Part shown: piece after piece, positions 27,360-37,627 of the stretch
Layout: each line of letters begins with the position of its first letter
Position numbering within the stretch: position 1 is the stretch's first letter
Source: an uncultured Methanosarcinales archaeon
GTDB lineage: Archaea; Nanobdellota; Nanobdellia; Woesearchaeales; ARS49
Assembly: GCA_964572035.1 (NCBI GenBank)
Contig: CAZNDX010000002.1
Location: 63,007-127,006 of the forward strand
Direction of reading: 5' to 3'
DNA length: 64,000 nt
Program-made: the position numbers and the translations under genes
The notes under the pieces: model-generated
The model's database searches: none
What the model saw: the letters and a program-made list of their open reading frames with translations, nothing else
What the model was told of the DNA's origin: nothing

Positions 27360-29279
27360 ATGGAATACAAAGGGCTAAAACTGGACCGTTTCCAGCGGGA
27401 AGCCATTGAGGCGATAGAAGCAAACAAGTCGGTGGTAGTTTCAGCTCCAACAGGATCTGGCAAGACGCTCATCGCGGACTACATAATAGACCGGGACTTC
27501 AACACAGGCAAACGAGTAGTTTACACCGCGCCAATCAAAGCGCTTTCCAATCAGAAGTACAAGGACTTCGCGCGACAATACGGAGAAGACAACGTAGGAA
27601 TGCTCACAGGAGACGTTGTCAAAAATTCAAATGCGCCAATTCTAATCATGACAACCGAAATTTACAGAAACATGTGCATGGTCAACGATCCAATCGTTGA
27701 AAAAATAAGCTACGTAATCTTTGACGAAATCCACTTCATCAACGACCCAGAACGAGGAGTAGTATGGGAGGAATCAATAATATTTTCAAAACCGCACGTA
27801 AGAATGCTCTGCCTTTCAGCCACAATTCCAAACGCGCAAGAATTCGCCGATTGGATAGCGGCAATAAAAGGACACCCAGTAATAGTTGTCCGACATGATG
27901 TGCGACCCGTCCCACTTTCAATCAATTTTTACGACATTGACTTGGGAATCTGCCAGTTCAAAGATTTACATTACGCGTTAAACGCTGCTGACTACAAATA
28001 CGTAAAAGGAAGAGGCAAGAGAAGACAGGAAAGACTTCCGCCACCAAATCACACCGACCTGATAAAAGATATCGAGGATAAACTGCCCTGTATGTTCTTC
28101 TCATTTAGCAGAGCCGCAGTACAGCAAAAGGCGGAACAACTCTCAAAAATAAAACTATTCAAACCAGACGCTGAAATAACGACATTCGTCAGCAAAAGAC
28201 TCGCCAACGCGCCGCCAGAAGTCTCACACCTGCCGAGCACAAAAACGCTGCGACACGTTCTTTCTCACCAAATAGGATTCCACCACGCAGGACTACTCCC
28301 AATTCATAAAGAAATAGTTGAAGACCTGTTCGGAATGGGCAAACTAAAAGTTCTATACACAACAGAGACCTTCGCGGTGGGTTTGAATATGCCGGCCAAA
28401 TCAGTATGCTTTGAAGCTCTCCGCAAATTTGACGGAAGAGGATTCAGAATGGTCGACAGCAAAGAATTCTACCAAATTGCGGGAAGAGCGGGAAGACGAG
28501 GAATAGACACAGAAGGATTCGTATTCTGCACGGTAAATAGACAAGAATTCGATTTTCCACGAACAAAAAAATTAATCGGACCTGACACAACACCAATACA
28601 ATCGCAGTTCAAACTCGGCGTTAATACAGTGCTCAACCTTGTAAAGCACCACACCGAAGCGGAAATAGAAATCATACTGCGGCAAAGCTTTTACTCATAT
28701 CAAAAATACGGCAAAAATTTCGCCACCGTAAAAGTTCACAGAATGCACAGCACTTTCGAAAATTATTTGCACAAACTCGAAAAACTTGGTTACCTGACAA
28801 AGGATAAACAATTAACAGAAACGGGCGAGTTTTTAACTCAAATTTACGCAGATGAGTTATACATTGGAGAAATATTCGCCAGAAACCTGCATAAAAATCT
28901 CAATCCTTATCAGTTGTTGCTGTTGCTTGGCGCAATATGCTGGGAAGGCAAAAAAACAACATTCGGCAAACCAAGAATGGATGAAGAATCATTCGCCGTT
29001 GTGAAACTGGCAAAGGAAAATCCCGTTCTCAAAGGAACCAAGCGATTTGACTGGCTAAAAGATTTGACTGCATTGTTCTATCCGCTCTACCACGGCGCGA
29101 CATTCTTTGAATTATTGGACACCTCAGATATGTTGGAAGGCGACGTAATAAGGTACTTGAGGCAGATAGTTGACAGACTAAACCAGATTCACACAGCCAC
29201 AAACGACCTTGAGCTAAAGGACAAAATGATGTACTTGAAAAGTAAGCTTCTGACGTGCCTGGAAACAGTCGATGTGTGA
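27360..29279 (+). CDS. Ski2/HelY-like DExH-box RNA helicase
   Basis: APTGSGKT, PIKALSNQK, DEIH, SAT, HHAGLLP, TETFAVGLNMPA, QIAGRAGRRG, EGD..R C-terminal motif. Confidence 0.95.
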   Translation: MEYKGLKLDRFQREAIEAIEANKSVVVSAPTGSGKTLIADYIIDRDFNTGKRVVYTAPIKALSNQKYKDFARQYGEDNVGMLTGDVVKNSNAPILIMTTEIYRNMCMVNDPIVEKISYVIFDEIHFINDPERGVVWEESIIFSKPHVRMLCLSATIPNAQEFADWIAAIKGHPVIVVRHDVRPVPLSINFYDIDLGICQFKDLHYALNAADYKYVKGRGKRRQERLPPPNHTDLIKDIEDKLPCMFFSFSRAAVQQKAEQLSKIKLFKPDAEITTFVSKRLANAPPEVSHLPSTKTLRHVLSHQIGFHHAGLLPIHKEIVEDLFGMGKLKVLYTTETFAVGLNMPAKSVCFEALRKFDGRGFRMVDSKEFYQIAGRAGRRGIDTEGFVFCTVNRQEFDFPRTKKLIGPDTTPIQSQFKLGVNTVLNLVKHHTEAEIEIILRQSFYSYQKYGKNFATVKVHRMHSTFENYLHKLEKLGYLTKDKQLTETGEFLTQIYADELYIGEIFARNLHKNLNPYQLLLLLGAICWEGKKTTFGKPRMDEESFAVVKLAKENPVLKGTKRFDWLKDLTALFYPLYHGATFFELLDTSDMLEGDVIRYLRQIVDRLNQIHTATNDLELKDKMMYLKSKLLTCLETVDV

Positions 29280-29380
29280 TTTATATGCGTTTATTTATAT
29301 AGGGTTTATAAATGAAAAACCGAAAGGTTTAAATATCGTTACTTCTCAGTAGTAAAAATAAGGGTATAAATGGGTGGCAA

Positions 29381-29854
29381 ATGCAAGCACTATACGAATA
29401 TCTGTTTGAAAAACCGGACATAAGGAGTCTCAAAGATAAACTTCACACTACCCTATTGTTCAAAGACTTGACAAAAACAGAGCTTGACAAAGTAACACGC
29501 TACTGCATAGTTCGCCAGTTCAAAGAAGGCCAACACATATTCTTTGAAGGGGACCCGGGAAGCGCGCTTTTCGTAATCCTGAAAGGAAACGTAGATATTT
29601 ACAGAATACACAAAAATAAAAAAGACAGCCTCGCGACACTTAACGCGGGAACATTCTTTGGAGAGCTCGCGCTTGTTTATGACACGCCAAGAACCGCAAG
29701 CGCGCTCGCAACTGAAAACGCGACACTTGTCTGCCTTTTTAGACACGACATAGAAAAACTGGTAAAACACCATCCGCAACTTGGAAACAAACTGCTTTCT
29801 GTAATGAACAGAATTCTCGCTCAAAGATTATCAACAATGATTGGGCACAAATGA
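29381..29854 (+). CDS. Cyclic-nucleotide-binding domain protein
   Basis: IFFEGDPG, ILKG.V, FFGELAL, PRTASA; no HTH. Confidence 0.92.
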   Translation: MQALYEYLFEKPDIRSLKDKLHTTLLFKDLTKTELDKVTRYCIVRQFKEGQHIFFEGDPGSALFVILKGNVDIYRIHKNKKDSLATLNAGTFFGELALVYDTPRTASALATENATLVCLFRHDIEKLVKHHPQLGNKLLSVMNRILAQRLSTMIGHK

Positions 29855-30879
29855 AACGAGAAACAATGCTATTTGGACTAGGAATATTATTCTTCGTTAT
29901 TGTAGCAGTGCTCTTGTACAAATTCTGGCTAATCACGCTTAACTTGGCGCTGGGATTTTTGCTTTATTTGATATTCGACCAAGCGCTCAATTTTTTAGAA
30001 AGAAAAGGAATCAAAGGCGCGCTTGGATACACCTTGCTGTTTTTGATTGTCGGAATAATTATTCTCTCATTCGTACTATTTGTAAGCATACCATTGTTCA
30101 ACCAGCTTCAAGGATTTGTTTCAGACTTTCCTACTCACGCAGCGAAAATACAAGAACAAGCTCAAACACTTGTTGAAAGCTTCCCATACGCCCAAGGATA
30201 CTTTGAAAAAGGCAGGGACCAAATACTGAGTGCTGGAAAAAACATACTATCATTGTCAGCGACAATATTAAGCACAGCACTAACCGCAATACTCCTTGCA
30301 GTAATACTTTTGGCATCACGTTCAACACTCCGCGAAACAATACTGACGCATATACCAAACGAATATTTTGAAGTCACGGTCAGCGTAGCGCACAGAATCA
30401 TAGAACATCTCCAGCAATTCGTCGTCGCAAGAACAGTGCAGACATTCGCGGTAACAGTGCTTTACACAGTAGGATTCTTCTTGATAGGTCTTCCATTTCC
30501 ACTCTTACTAGGAATAATCTCAGGATTATTGAACATAATTCCTTATCTTGGACCATTAATCACGCTTGTTCCGGTAGGACTCGCGGCGTTTTTGGGAGGC
30601 GGAACATCACTCGCGCTATGGGCAATGGGAGTAGTTATTGTTGTTCAACTAATTGACAATACTGTCCTACAGACCTGGCTCGTCTCGCAATTTGTAGACG
30701 TCCACCCGGTAATGGCATTTGTGGTAACACTCGTGTTTGGAGAATTATTGGGACCAATGGGAATGGTCATTGGAATACCAGTATACGTAATTTCTAAAAT
30801 ACTAATCGGCGGACTATGGGACTACGCCAAGGCGTTACAGCGCCACGAGCAAATCCTAGGCTACCAAAAAACCCAATAA
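29851..30879 (+). CDS. AI-2E (PerM) family transporter
   Basis: LNIIPYLGP, QLIDN, VHP, G.LLG..GM.IGIP. Confidence 0.9.
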   Translation: MKRETMLFGLGILFFVIVAVLLYKFWLITLNLALGFLLYLIFDQALNFLERKGIKGALGYTLLFLIVGIIILSFVLFVSIPLFNQLQGFVSDFPTHAAKIQEQAQTLVESFPYAQGYFEKGRDQILSAGKNILSLSATILSTALTAILLAVILLASRSTLRETILTHIPNEYFEVTVSVAHRIIEHLQQFVVARTVQTFAVTVLYTVGFFLIGLPFPLLLGIISGLLNIIPYLGPLITLVPVGLAAFLGGGTSLALWAMGVVIVVQLIDNTVLQTWLVSQFVDVHPVMAFVVTLVFGELLGPMGMVIGIPVYVISKILIGGLWDYAKALQRHEQILGYQKTQ

Positions 30880-31089
30880 GAAAACAACGCCAGCAATAAT
30901 CAACATAAATTCGGCGCCAATATATTTCGCTCCAAGAAGAATAAAACCCGCGGAAAGAACAGTCAAGGCAGCGACTAAGAAAAAAGCCTTAAGCGCGATT
31001 CTAAGAAGGCGGCGCTGAACAACCCTCGCGCCCCTATCTACAGCACTCTCGAACTTCTCCGAAACCGCGCCCAATAAAGAATCAAACAT
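30856..31089 (-). CDS. Small two-TM membrane protein
   Basis: 77-aa ORF, TAATG-coupled to the DUF883-like gene. Confidence 0.7.
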   Translation of the reverse strand: MFDSLLGAVSEKFESAVDRGARVVQRRLLRIALKAFFLVAALTVLSAGFILLGAKYIGAEFMLIIAGVVFLLGFLVA

Positions 31090-31274
31090 TATTTTCTCTC
31101 CAACAACTTCATCAAAACAGCGCCAGCCAAAACACCCGCGCCAAAAGATACAAGAGTCGACTTAAAAGGATGCTCAGAAATGTACTCTCCAGTTTGCTCC
31201 TGAACGTCTCTCAGTTTTTGATTTAACGCCTGAATCTGCTGTTTAATCATTCCAATATCTTCTTTTTTCGCCAT
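31089..31274 (-). CDS. DUF883 (ElaB/YqjD-like) tail-anchored protein
   Basis: Coiled coil then EYISEHPFKS..SFGAGVLAGAVL; GGGTGA ribosome-binding site. Confidence 0.75.
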   Translation of the reverse strand: MAKKEDIGMIKQQIQALNQKLRDVQEQTGEYISEHPFKSTLVSFGAGVLAGAVLMKLLERK

Positions 31275-31370
31275 AAAATTCACCCCATTTTATCGTCAGA
31301 AAACCGCTATATAAAGATTTATTTTATGCAAACTATTGCTTAAAGAATTTCCCGCCTCAAAACTAGGTTT

Positions 31371-31535
31371 TTACACGAGCATCCAGTCAGGACAGATGCG
31401 TTCAGGCGCGATGTGCTCAACTTTTACAACAAGATCACTACCATTATGGGTAGTCACGCGCATAGCACCATTTTTCGTGGACAATTGAACCAGCGTTTCA
31501 AGTTCGTAATCCCACAACCCCGCAATCTCGCTCAT
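31371..31535 (-). CDS. Small hypothetical protein (54 aa; not in ORF track)
   Basis: MSEIAGLWDYELETLVQLSTKNGAMRVTTHNGSDLVVKVEHIAPERICPDWMLV; upstream TATA-like box. Confidence 0.5.
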   Translation of the reverse strand: MSEIAGLWDYELETLVQLSTKNGAMRVTTHNGSDLVVKVEHIAPERICPDWMLV

Positions 31536-31591
31536 AATAAAACTATATAGTAAAACCTACATTTATAATTAGTCATAAGAAATTATATAAT

Positions 31592-32257
31592 TTAATAATA
31601 ATCCCAGACGTTAACATCGCCGCCTGATTTAACCTTATATTTTCCCTTCAAGGAGTTGACGATGACGTTTGCCACGTTTTCCGGAGGCATACCACTAAAT
31701 TCAGTCATTCTCGTGGCAGTGACTGTGGGATTAATGACAATGACTTTTTGCTTAATTTCATCAGCAAGCGATTGAGAGAAACCGCGAATACCAAATTTTG
31801 AAGCGCAATAAGGCGCAAGAGTCGCATGACCGCGCTGACCGGCCGAACTGGAAATATTGACGATGGTCTCAGTCACATAAGGAAGACATTCTTTAGTCAT
31901 TCTCATTGTGCCAAACAAATTAACACCAATCTGCCACTCAATCTCCTTCCAGGACTGCTCAGCAAAAGGCTTCCAAATAATAACGCCCGCATTGTTTATC
32001 AGAATGTCGATTTTTTTGAATTTCTTAACGACGCTTTTGACACATTCTATAACGCTTTTCCCGTCGCTGATATCAAGATGAAAAAGCTCCGCATCAGTCA
32101 ATTCCTTGCACTCAGATAAAATCATTTCACCTTGCTTTTTGTCTTTGCAATAGGTCAGAGCGAGAACACAGCCTTCCTTCGCGAGCATTTTCGCAGTTGA
32201 AGCGCCAATACCAAGACTCGCGCCAGTCAAAAGCACCACTTTTCCCTTAAGGTTCAT
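31592..32257 (-). CDS. Short-chain dehydrogenase/reductase
   Basis: TGASLGIG, INNAG, NISS, YCASK. Confidence 0.95.
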   Translation of the reverse strand: MNLKGKVVLLTGASLGIGASTAKMLAKEGCVLALTYCKDKKQGEMILSECKELTDAELFHLDISDGKSVIECVKSVVKKFKKIDILINNAGVIIWKPFAEQSWKEIEWQIGVNLFGTMRMTKECLPYVTETIVNISSSAGQRGHATLAPYCASKFGIRGFSQSLADEIKQKVIVINPTVTATRMTEFSGMPPENVANVIVNSLKGKYKVKSGGDVNVWDYY

Positions 32258-32289
32258 AATCGTTAAAAATGAAACTGGCTTTAAAAAAG

Positions 32290-33327
32290 TTAGCCAAAAG
32301 TAAACGTGTACAACTGGAAACCGGAACCAGCTATCTCAAACTCAAGAAGGCGCTTTCCATAAGAATCTCCGTCAACCAACGTGTAAAGGTCATCGGAGAT
32401 TACTTCGATTTTACTGACTTTTTCACCGTCAACAAAAACCGTCAAATTAGATCCGTTCGGAGACGAGGCGACAATATTCACAATCTTAGCGTTGTAAGGA
32501 AGAACAACCTTTCCTTTATCAGAAACCAAACGGGAATAATCAGCGTCAACAAACCATTCACCACTTAAATAAGCCTTATTCGGCTCAAACTCTGAAGGCA
32601 AAGTGTAATTGATTGACTTTCCAAACTTAAGTCCTTCAGGATTTCCAAAATTACCTCTCGCGAAGTTCGCGCCAAAATAAATCTCAGGCGTTCCAATTTT
32701 TCTAAACTCGGGAATAGGGGCTTCAACTTTTGACATTTCAACAGGCATTCCGTCCTTCAAATCAAGACGAACCATTCTTTCCTTTAACAAATCCTGAATC
32801 TTTTTTTCCGCCTCATCATACGCGCCCTCGCCAAAATGAGACCAAACAACATAGCCGTCAATGTCGACAAGATACTTCGCAGGCCAGTAACGATTCCTGA
32901 AAGCATTCCAAGTCGCGTGCTCGTTATCAAGGACAACAGGATACTCAATATTCCACTTTTCAACAGCGCGCTTCACATTTTCATACTTTTTTTCAAATTC
33001 AAACTCGGGAGAATGGACTCCGACAATTTCAAGACCGTGGTCTTTATATTTTTCATGCCACGCAGTCAAATAAGGAAGAGTTCTCTGACAATTAATGCAG
33101 CTATACGTCCAAAAATCAACAAGAATGACTTTCTTTCCAACTAAATCTGAGAACTTCAAATTATCAGCATTGATTTCGCCCTCAATGCCCTGAAGCTCAG
33201 GAACGGGAGTTCCGTCTTTTTTTACAACTGGCTCAACAATCACTGACTCAGTTCTTTTTTCCTCAAACAAAAAAATCGCGGCAATAACGGCCGCGACAAG
33301 AAAGGAAAAAACAACCCACTTTTTCAT
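32290..33327 (-). CDS. DipZ-like membrane-anchored thioredoxin-domain protein
   Basis: DFWTYSCINC, GVHSPEFEFEK, N.YWPAKY, HFGEG.Y, TPEIY, YTFTFG. Confidence 0.92.
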   Translation of the reverse strand: MKKWVVFSFLVAAVIAAIFLFEEKRTESVIVEPVVKKDGTPVPELQGIEGEINADNLKFSDLVGKKVILVDFWTYSCINCQRTLPYLTAWHEKYKDHGLEIVGVHSPEFEFEKKYENVKRAVEKWNIEYPVVLDNEHATWNAFRNRYWPAKYLVDIDGYVVWSHFGEGAYDEAEKKIQDLLKERMVRLDLKDGMPVEMSKVEAPIPEFRKIGTPEIYFGANFARGNFGNPEGLKFGKSINYTLPSEFEPNKAYLSGEWFVDADYSRLVSDKGKVVLPYNAKIVNIVASSPNGSNLTVFVDGEKVSKIEVISDDLYTLVDGDSYGKRLLEFEIAGSGFQLYTFTFG

Positions 33328-34025
33328 TTGAGCAAAAACTCCGTTAGGAATTCAAAATTTCCAGCGACAAGCGCGAGTTTTCCAGTAAAAACCAAAACAC
33401 CAAGAGCAAGAATCAGAATACCGACCACTATGTTGTAATACTTGAAAAAAGTCTGATGGCGCTGAATCCATTTGATGAACGGTTGGGCGAATAGACCTGC
33501 AATTAGGAAAGGAATACCAAGACCTGCTGAATAACCTGCAAGAAGAATGAAGCTCTGACCGGGCTGCGACGCGGCGAGGGCAAGAATAGTGCCGAGAACA
33601 GCTCCAACACAAGGAGACCAGCCAACAGCGAAGGCAGCGCCGAATACAAAACTTGTCAGCTCCCTGCTTTTGAATTTGTGCACCTTAAACTTGTGTTCTT
33701 GCAAAAGGAAAGCAGGCTTAATAAAACCAAGAAGGTAAAATCCGAATAGGATAATTATGATTCCCGCTACTCTGCCAAGCCAAATCTGCAAATCATACGC
33801 GACATTTGACAAAAGACTGTTCAGAAGAACTCCAAGAGTTGCGAACACAGTGCTAAAACCAAGAACGAACAAGAAACTCTGCTTAAACAATTCCCATCTT
33901 GAAGACTCTTCAACCTTGTGTCCTGAAAGATACGCAAGAAAAGCAGGAACTAGAGGAATAATACACGGAGCGAAAAAAGAGGCAAGCCCCGCAAAAAAAG
34001 CAATAAAAAAAGAAATTTCGCTCAT
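33324..34025 (-). CDS. ccdA: Cytochrome c biogenesis / disulfide-reduction membrane protein CcdA
   Basis: SFFAPCIIPL.P.FL and GWSPCVG motifs. Confidence 0.92.
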   Translation of the reverse strand: MSEISFFIAFFAGLASFFAPCIIPLVPAFLAYLSGHKVEESSRWELFKQSFLFVLGFSTVFATLGVLLNSLLSNVAYDLQIWLGRVAGIIIILFGFYLLGFIKPAFLLQEHKFKVHKFKSRELTSFVFGAAFAVGWSPCVGAVLGTILALAASQPGQSFILLAGYSAGLGIPFLIAGLFAQPFIKWIQRHQTFFKYYNIVVGILILALGVLVFTGKLALVAGNFEFLTEFLLK

Positions 34026-34029
34026 ATCA

Positions 34030-34605
34030 TCACACCTTCACGATTTCAGCAATAAACTGGTCTTTATTCAGGTGAGCAGGGGACTTGAAAACCATTTGCC
34101 CATTTTTCAGAATAACAGTTGTTCCCTGAGACGCGACTCCATACTTTCTAGCCAAATTCTCGTGCTCATTAGTTGTCTGATCATCCTTGTAATGAACACG
34201 GAAACCAACAACATCATCACGCTTAAGCTCATTATACGCGGCGGTTAGCTCAGGCTCCTGCGCCTTACACTTTGGACACCAATTCGCGAAAAACTGCAAA
34301 ACAACAATTTTTCCTTCTTCAATTGATTTGTCCATCAGTGCGACATCAAGCTCGTAATACTTTGTGATAGTCCCCGCGATGACTTTTGGCTCCATCATAG
34401 AAATCACCTCATCCATAGCGGGTTCCTGAACAACAAGAACTTCAGAGTCCATCATTGACTCGTCTTTTTGAATTTCGCCCATTGCTTCATCAATTTGCCC
34501 TGTTTCTTTTTCCATCATAACAGATTCTTTTTGCATAACCTGTTCCTGAGCTACAGGCGCGCAAGCGACAAGAAACGCCAACATAATTATCAAATATTGT
34601 TTCAT
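34030..34605 (-). CDS. Thioredoxin-domain lipoprotein with Met/Glu-rich linker
   Basis: AFLVAC lipobox; FFANWCPKC. Confidence 0.88.
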   Translation of the reverse strand: MKQYLIIMLAFLVACAPVAQEQVMQKESVMMEKETGQIDEAMGEIQKDESMMDSEVLVVQEPAMDEVISMMEPKVIAGTITKYYELDVALMDKSIEEGKIVVLQFFANWCPKCKAQEPELTAAYNELKRDDVVGFRVHYKDDQTTNEHENLARKYGVASQGTTVILKNGQMVFKSPAHLNKDQFIAEIVKV

Positions 34606-34607
34606 TT

Positions 34608-34898
34608 TTACCTCCAGGAAATAAAATTCAACGCGGCGAAAGCGACAGACTGGAGCAGTGTTAATACAAACACGTGCATGCTCACCATATCAACGTAAAA
34701 GTCCATCATTGTAATGTAAAAATAAAGCGAGCAAACATACTGCGCGAGAAAAGCAACCGTAAAAACAAGAAGCCCAAGCGAAAAAGAAGACTTCATCCTC
34801 GCCCAATTTCTCCCATAAACGTAGCATAAAGCCAAAAGCAAAACTACGTTAACAGCCGTCAAAACAAACGTCGCCTGCATTGTCCATTCCATATTCAT
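34608..34898 (-). CDS. Small three-TM membrane protein
   Basis: Hydrophobic 96-aa ORF with GGAGG ribosome-binding site, next to ArsR-like gene. Confidence 0.78.
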   Translation of the reverse strand: MNMEWTMQATFVLTAVNVVLLLALCYVYGRNWARMKSSFSLGLLVFTVAFLAQYVCSLYFYITMMDFYVDMVSMHVFVLTLLQSVAFAALNFISWR

Positions 34899-34919
34899 TC
34901 CTCCAGTAAACCTGTTTAA

Positions 34920-35204
34920 CTACTTTTTTCCAACTTTCTCCCAAATCTCGCCAAAATCATCCCACATTCGCTTCATATCATCAGACAAAAAGTAAACAGC
35001 CCCATATTTCCCCTTATTTATTGCCGTTAAAATATTATTATCTGAAAGAATGAGTATATGGTGTTGAATCGTTTTATAATCAAGTTTGAGTTCTTTTGAA
35101 AGCTGGTTAAGATTCATCGGCTTGCTCTTTAATGATTTTACGATAATTGCACGGGTTTCACCACCCCGAGTTCCAGCGAACAAATACCAAACCAAATTTT
35201 TCAT
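34920..35204 (-). CDS. ArsR-like winged-HTH regulator
   Basis: GTRGGETR, PMN.NQLS..L.LDYKTIQHH, KYGAVYF. Confidence 0.88.
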   Translation of the reverse strand: MKNLVWYLFAGTRGGETRAIIVKSLKSKPMNLNQLSKELKLDYKTIQHHILILSDNNILTAINKGKYGAVYFLSDDMKRMWDDFGEIWEKVGKK

Positions 35205-35240
35205 AGAAAACCAAAAAAGAAAAGAGAATAAAAAAGTATC

Positions 35241-35807
35241 TCAAATCTTGCCGACCAACTCAAGGCCTGGCTTTAGAGTTTTTCCGCCAGGGCGCCAAGA
35301 AGCGGGACAGACAAGACCCTTGTTCTTCTCAACAAACTGGGCAGCTTGAAGACGCCGCATAATCTCATCAGCGCTTCTTCCAATACTGTTGTCGTGAATA
35401 TCATACGACTTGATAATTCCCTTGGGGTCGATGATTATAGTCGCCCTTAATGAAAGACCTTCTTCTTCAATAAGAGTTCCGTACGAGTTGCAAATCTGAC
35501 GAGTAGGGTCAGCAACCATAGGATACTTAATTTTCTTAATCGTGTCAGAATTGTCGTGCCACGCCTTGTGAACAAAAACAGTATCGGTGCTGACTGACAA
35601 AACTTCAGCGTTCATTTTCTTGAACTCCTCATAATTGTCAGCCAATTCCCCAAGCTCAGTAGGGCAGACAAAAGTGAAGTCCGCTGGGTAAAACGCGAGA
35701 ACGACCCACTTGCCCTCAAGCTTCTTGAGGCTAACCTTGTCAATCTTATTGTTAACTAACGCTTCAGCCGTAAAATCCGGCGCTTTCTTACCAACATACA
35801 TAGACAT
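35241..35807 (-). CDS. ahpC: 2-Cys peroxiredoxin
   Basis: FYPADFTFVCPTE and VCPASW. Confidence 0.95.
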   Translation of the reverse strand: MSMYVGKKAPDFTAEALVNNKIDKVSLKKLEGKWVVLAFYPADFTFVCPTELGELADNYEEFKKMNAEVLSVSTDTVFVHKAWHDNSDTIKKIKYPMVADPTRQICNSYGTLIEEEGLSLRATIIIDPKGIIKSYDIHDNSIGRSADEIMRRLQAAQFVEKNKGLVCPASWRPGGKTLKPGLELVGKI

Positions 35808-35946
35808 TTTAAAACACCCTCCGTTTTGGTAGGCTTTTTGCCATTTTTTTGATTTATAAAGCTTATGAAACTGACCTTGGTATGGACATCAAATTTATAT
35901 ACCAAAAACGCTCAGAATGGGATACACACAAAGGGGGTGTATACAA

Positions 35947-36264
35947 ATGGAATCATTCGGAAAAATAGCGTTCTACGCAGGTCTAGTAATTTCAGTCCTC
36001 GTAGGCGTAATGGACTTAGGAACATGGGTGCCAATCGCACTAGTCGTATTGGGTCTGATTGTTGGATTCCTCAACATCAGCGATAAAGAAGCGCAGCACT
36101 TTTTGCTTGCAACAGTGGCTTTGGTAATATCAGGCCTAGCCTTGGGCGGCAAATTCGGAATCGCAGCGCTTGACAAAGCAATCGCGGCATACGTATTGTT
36201 CACCGCGGCAGCAGCGTTCATCGTAGCGTTGATGCAAGTCTGGCACATGCAAAAAGGCCGATAA
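35947..36264 (+). CDS. Small membrane protein
   Basis: LGLIVGFLNIS.KE..FL segment; four hydrophobic stretches. Confidence 0.78.
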   Translation: MESFGKIAFYAGLVISVLVGVMDLGTWVPIALVVLGLIVGFLNISDKEAQHFLLATVALVISGLALGGKFGIAALDKAIAAYVLFTAAAAFIVALMQVWHMQKGR

Positions 36265-36320
36265 GGCTTTTATTTTTTTATTTTTATTTTAATAACCTGG
36301 AGAAACATTTTCTTTGATTG

Positions 36321-37394
36321 TTATAGTAAATCCACAAGATTCGCAGCCCACAACATGCCCTCATCAGCACAATAAAATAACGTTTTAAATAGGTGCCCCG
36401 ACTCATTATACAACTCAAACAAGGTGCCATCCCTCTCGATCACAAAACGATAAGCTGAAGCATAATCTTCTGCTTTTTTTCTGTTGACTCTCTGAACCAA
36501 ACTGATAAATAGAGGACCCATATGAGACCAAACATTGTTCTGCTCCCAGCCGGAAACGAAGAAATCAAGCAAAATCATGTTTTCCTTGGCGCGATAGCCA
36601 AGATACTTCAAAGGAAAAGGACGGTCAAGACCGACTTTTTGAAGTTTGGAAACAACAGAACGAAGCATTTTTTTGTCTTTCACGACACCAGACCAAAAAG
36701 GAAACACGTTCGCATCGCCGGCAATATGCTTTCCGTTAAGCTCATCCTTAAAATATTCACCAGTCCAAAAATGTTTTTTTAAAATATTGGACCAATTTTT
36801 CTTTGGAACCTCAAAACCAAGCAGTTTCGCCTCTCTGGCCATCAAACCAACCATAACATTGTCATAACAGGAAGAAACGCGAACAGAATAATCACGCATT
36901 GATGAAAAATGAAGGGGACGCACCAAACCGGTTTCGTCAATAACGACCTTGAAAAATTTTTCAACCTCTTTTTGAAGAAAATCGCGATATTTAGTGACAA
37001 GAGATTTAGCATTTGAAACCCTTAACGCGTAAAACAACAAAGCGACAGAATCTGGCGAATAAACATCAGGAAAAGAAAAAGGAACACCTGACGGAGAAAT
37101 AGAGGTCTTAATTCCTGACTTTGAGAATTTTGAAAGAGCATAATCCAGAGTGAAGAGCACTTTCCCGCGATAACCAAGCTTCAGCAAAGCGTCAACGCTA
37201 AAACCAAAATCGCGGGACCAAAACTCACCATAATGCCCAACGCTATTGCGAAAATACACGCCGTTCCAGCATGCGTCAACAATCTGGACGCAAATATCTT
37301 TCGCCGAACCGGAAAAACGCCTAGGACCGGAAAACTTGCGAACAAAGGATTTTCTAAAATAACGCCAGCCCTCGGATAAATGAACAAAACGCAT
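36321..37394 (-). CDS. Putative (alpha/alpha)6-barrel glycoside hydrolase-like protein
   Basis: FWSRDFG, FWTG.YF.D, W....VW, FELY motifs resembling six-hairpin glycosidases. Confidence 0.6.
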   Translation of the reverse strand: MRFVHLSEGWRYFRKSFVRKFSGPRRFSGSAKDICVQIVDACWNGVYFRNSVGHYGEFWSRDFGFSVDALLKLGYRGKVLFTLDYALSKFSKSGIKTSISPSGVPFSFPDVYSPDSVALLFYALRVSNAKSLVTKYRDFLQKEVEKFFKVVIDETGLVRPLHFSSMRDYSVRVSSCYDNVMVGLMAREAKLLGFEVPKKNWSNILKKHFWTGEYFKDELNGKHIAGDANVFPFWSGVVKDKKMLRSVVSKLQKVGLDRPFPLKYLGYRAKENMILLDFFVSGWEQNNVWSHMGPLFISLVQRVNRKKAEDYASAYRFVIERDGTLFELYNESGHLFKTLFYCADEGMLWAANLVDLL

Positions 37395-37456
37395 ATTTCA
37401 AGTTAACAACACTGAGAATAAAAGGTTTACCGCTGCAGCGCTGATTAAGTAAAAAA

Positions 37457-37540
37457 CGCGGCCACCCGGATTTGAACCGGGAAACCCTTGCGGGAAACGG
37501 TTTTCAAGACCGTCGCAGTACCGGATTGTGCCATGGCCGC
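37457..37540 (-). tRNA. tRNA-Ser(TGA)
   Basis: GCGGCCA..TGGCCGC-G; ACGGT-CTTGAAA-ACCGT; long variable arm. Confidence 0.95.
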
Positions 37541-37627
37541 ATTGATATGTTTGCGTCGTCTCAACACCTTTTTAAAACTTACTTAAAAACATAACAAATA
37601 TAAGATAAAACAATCAAATAAAATATA

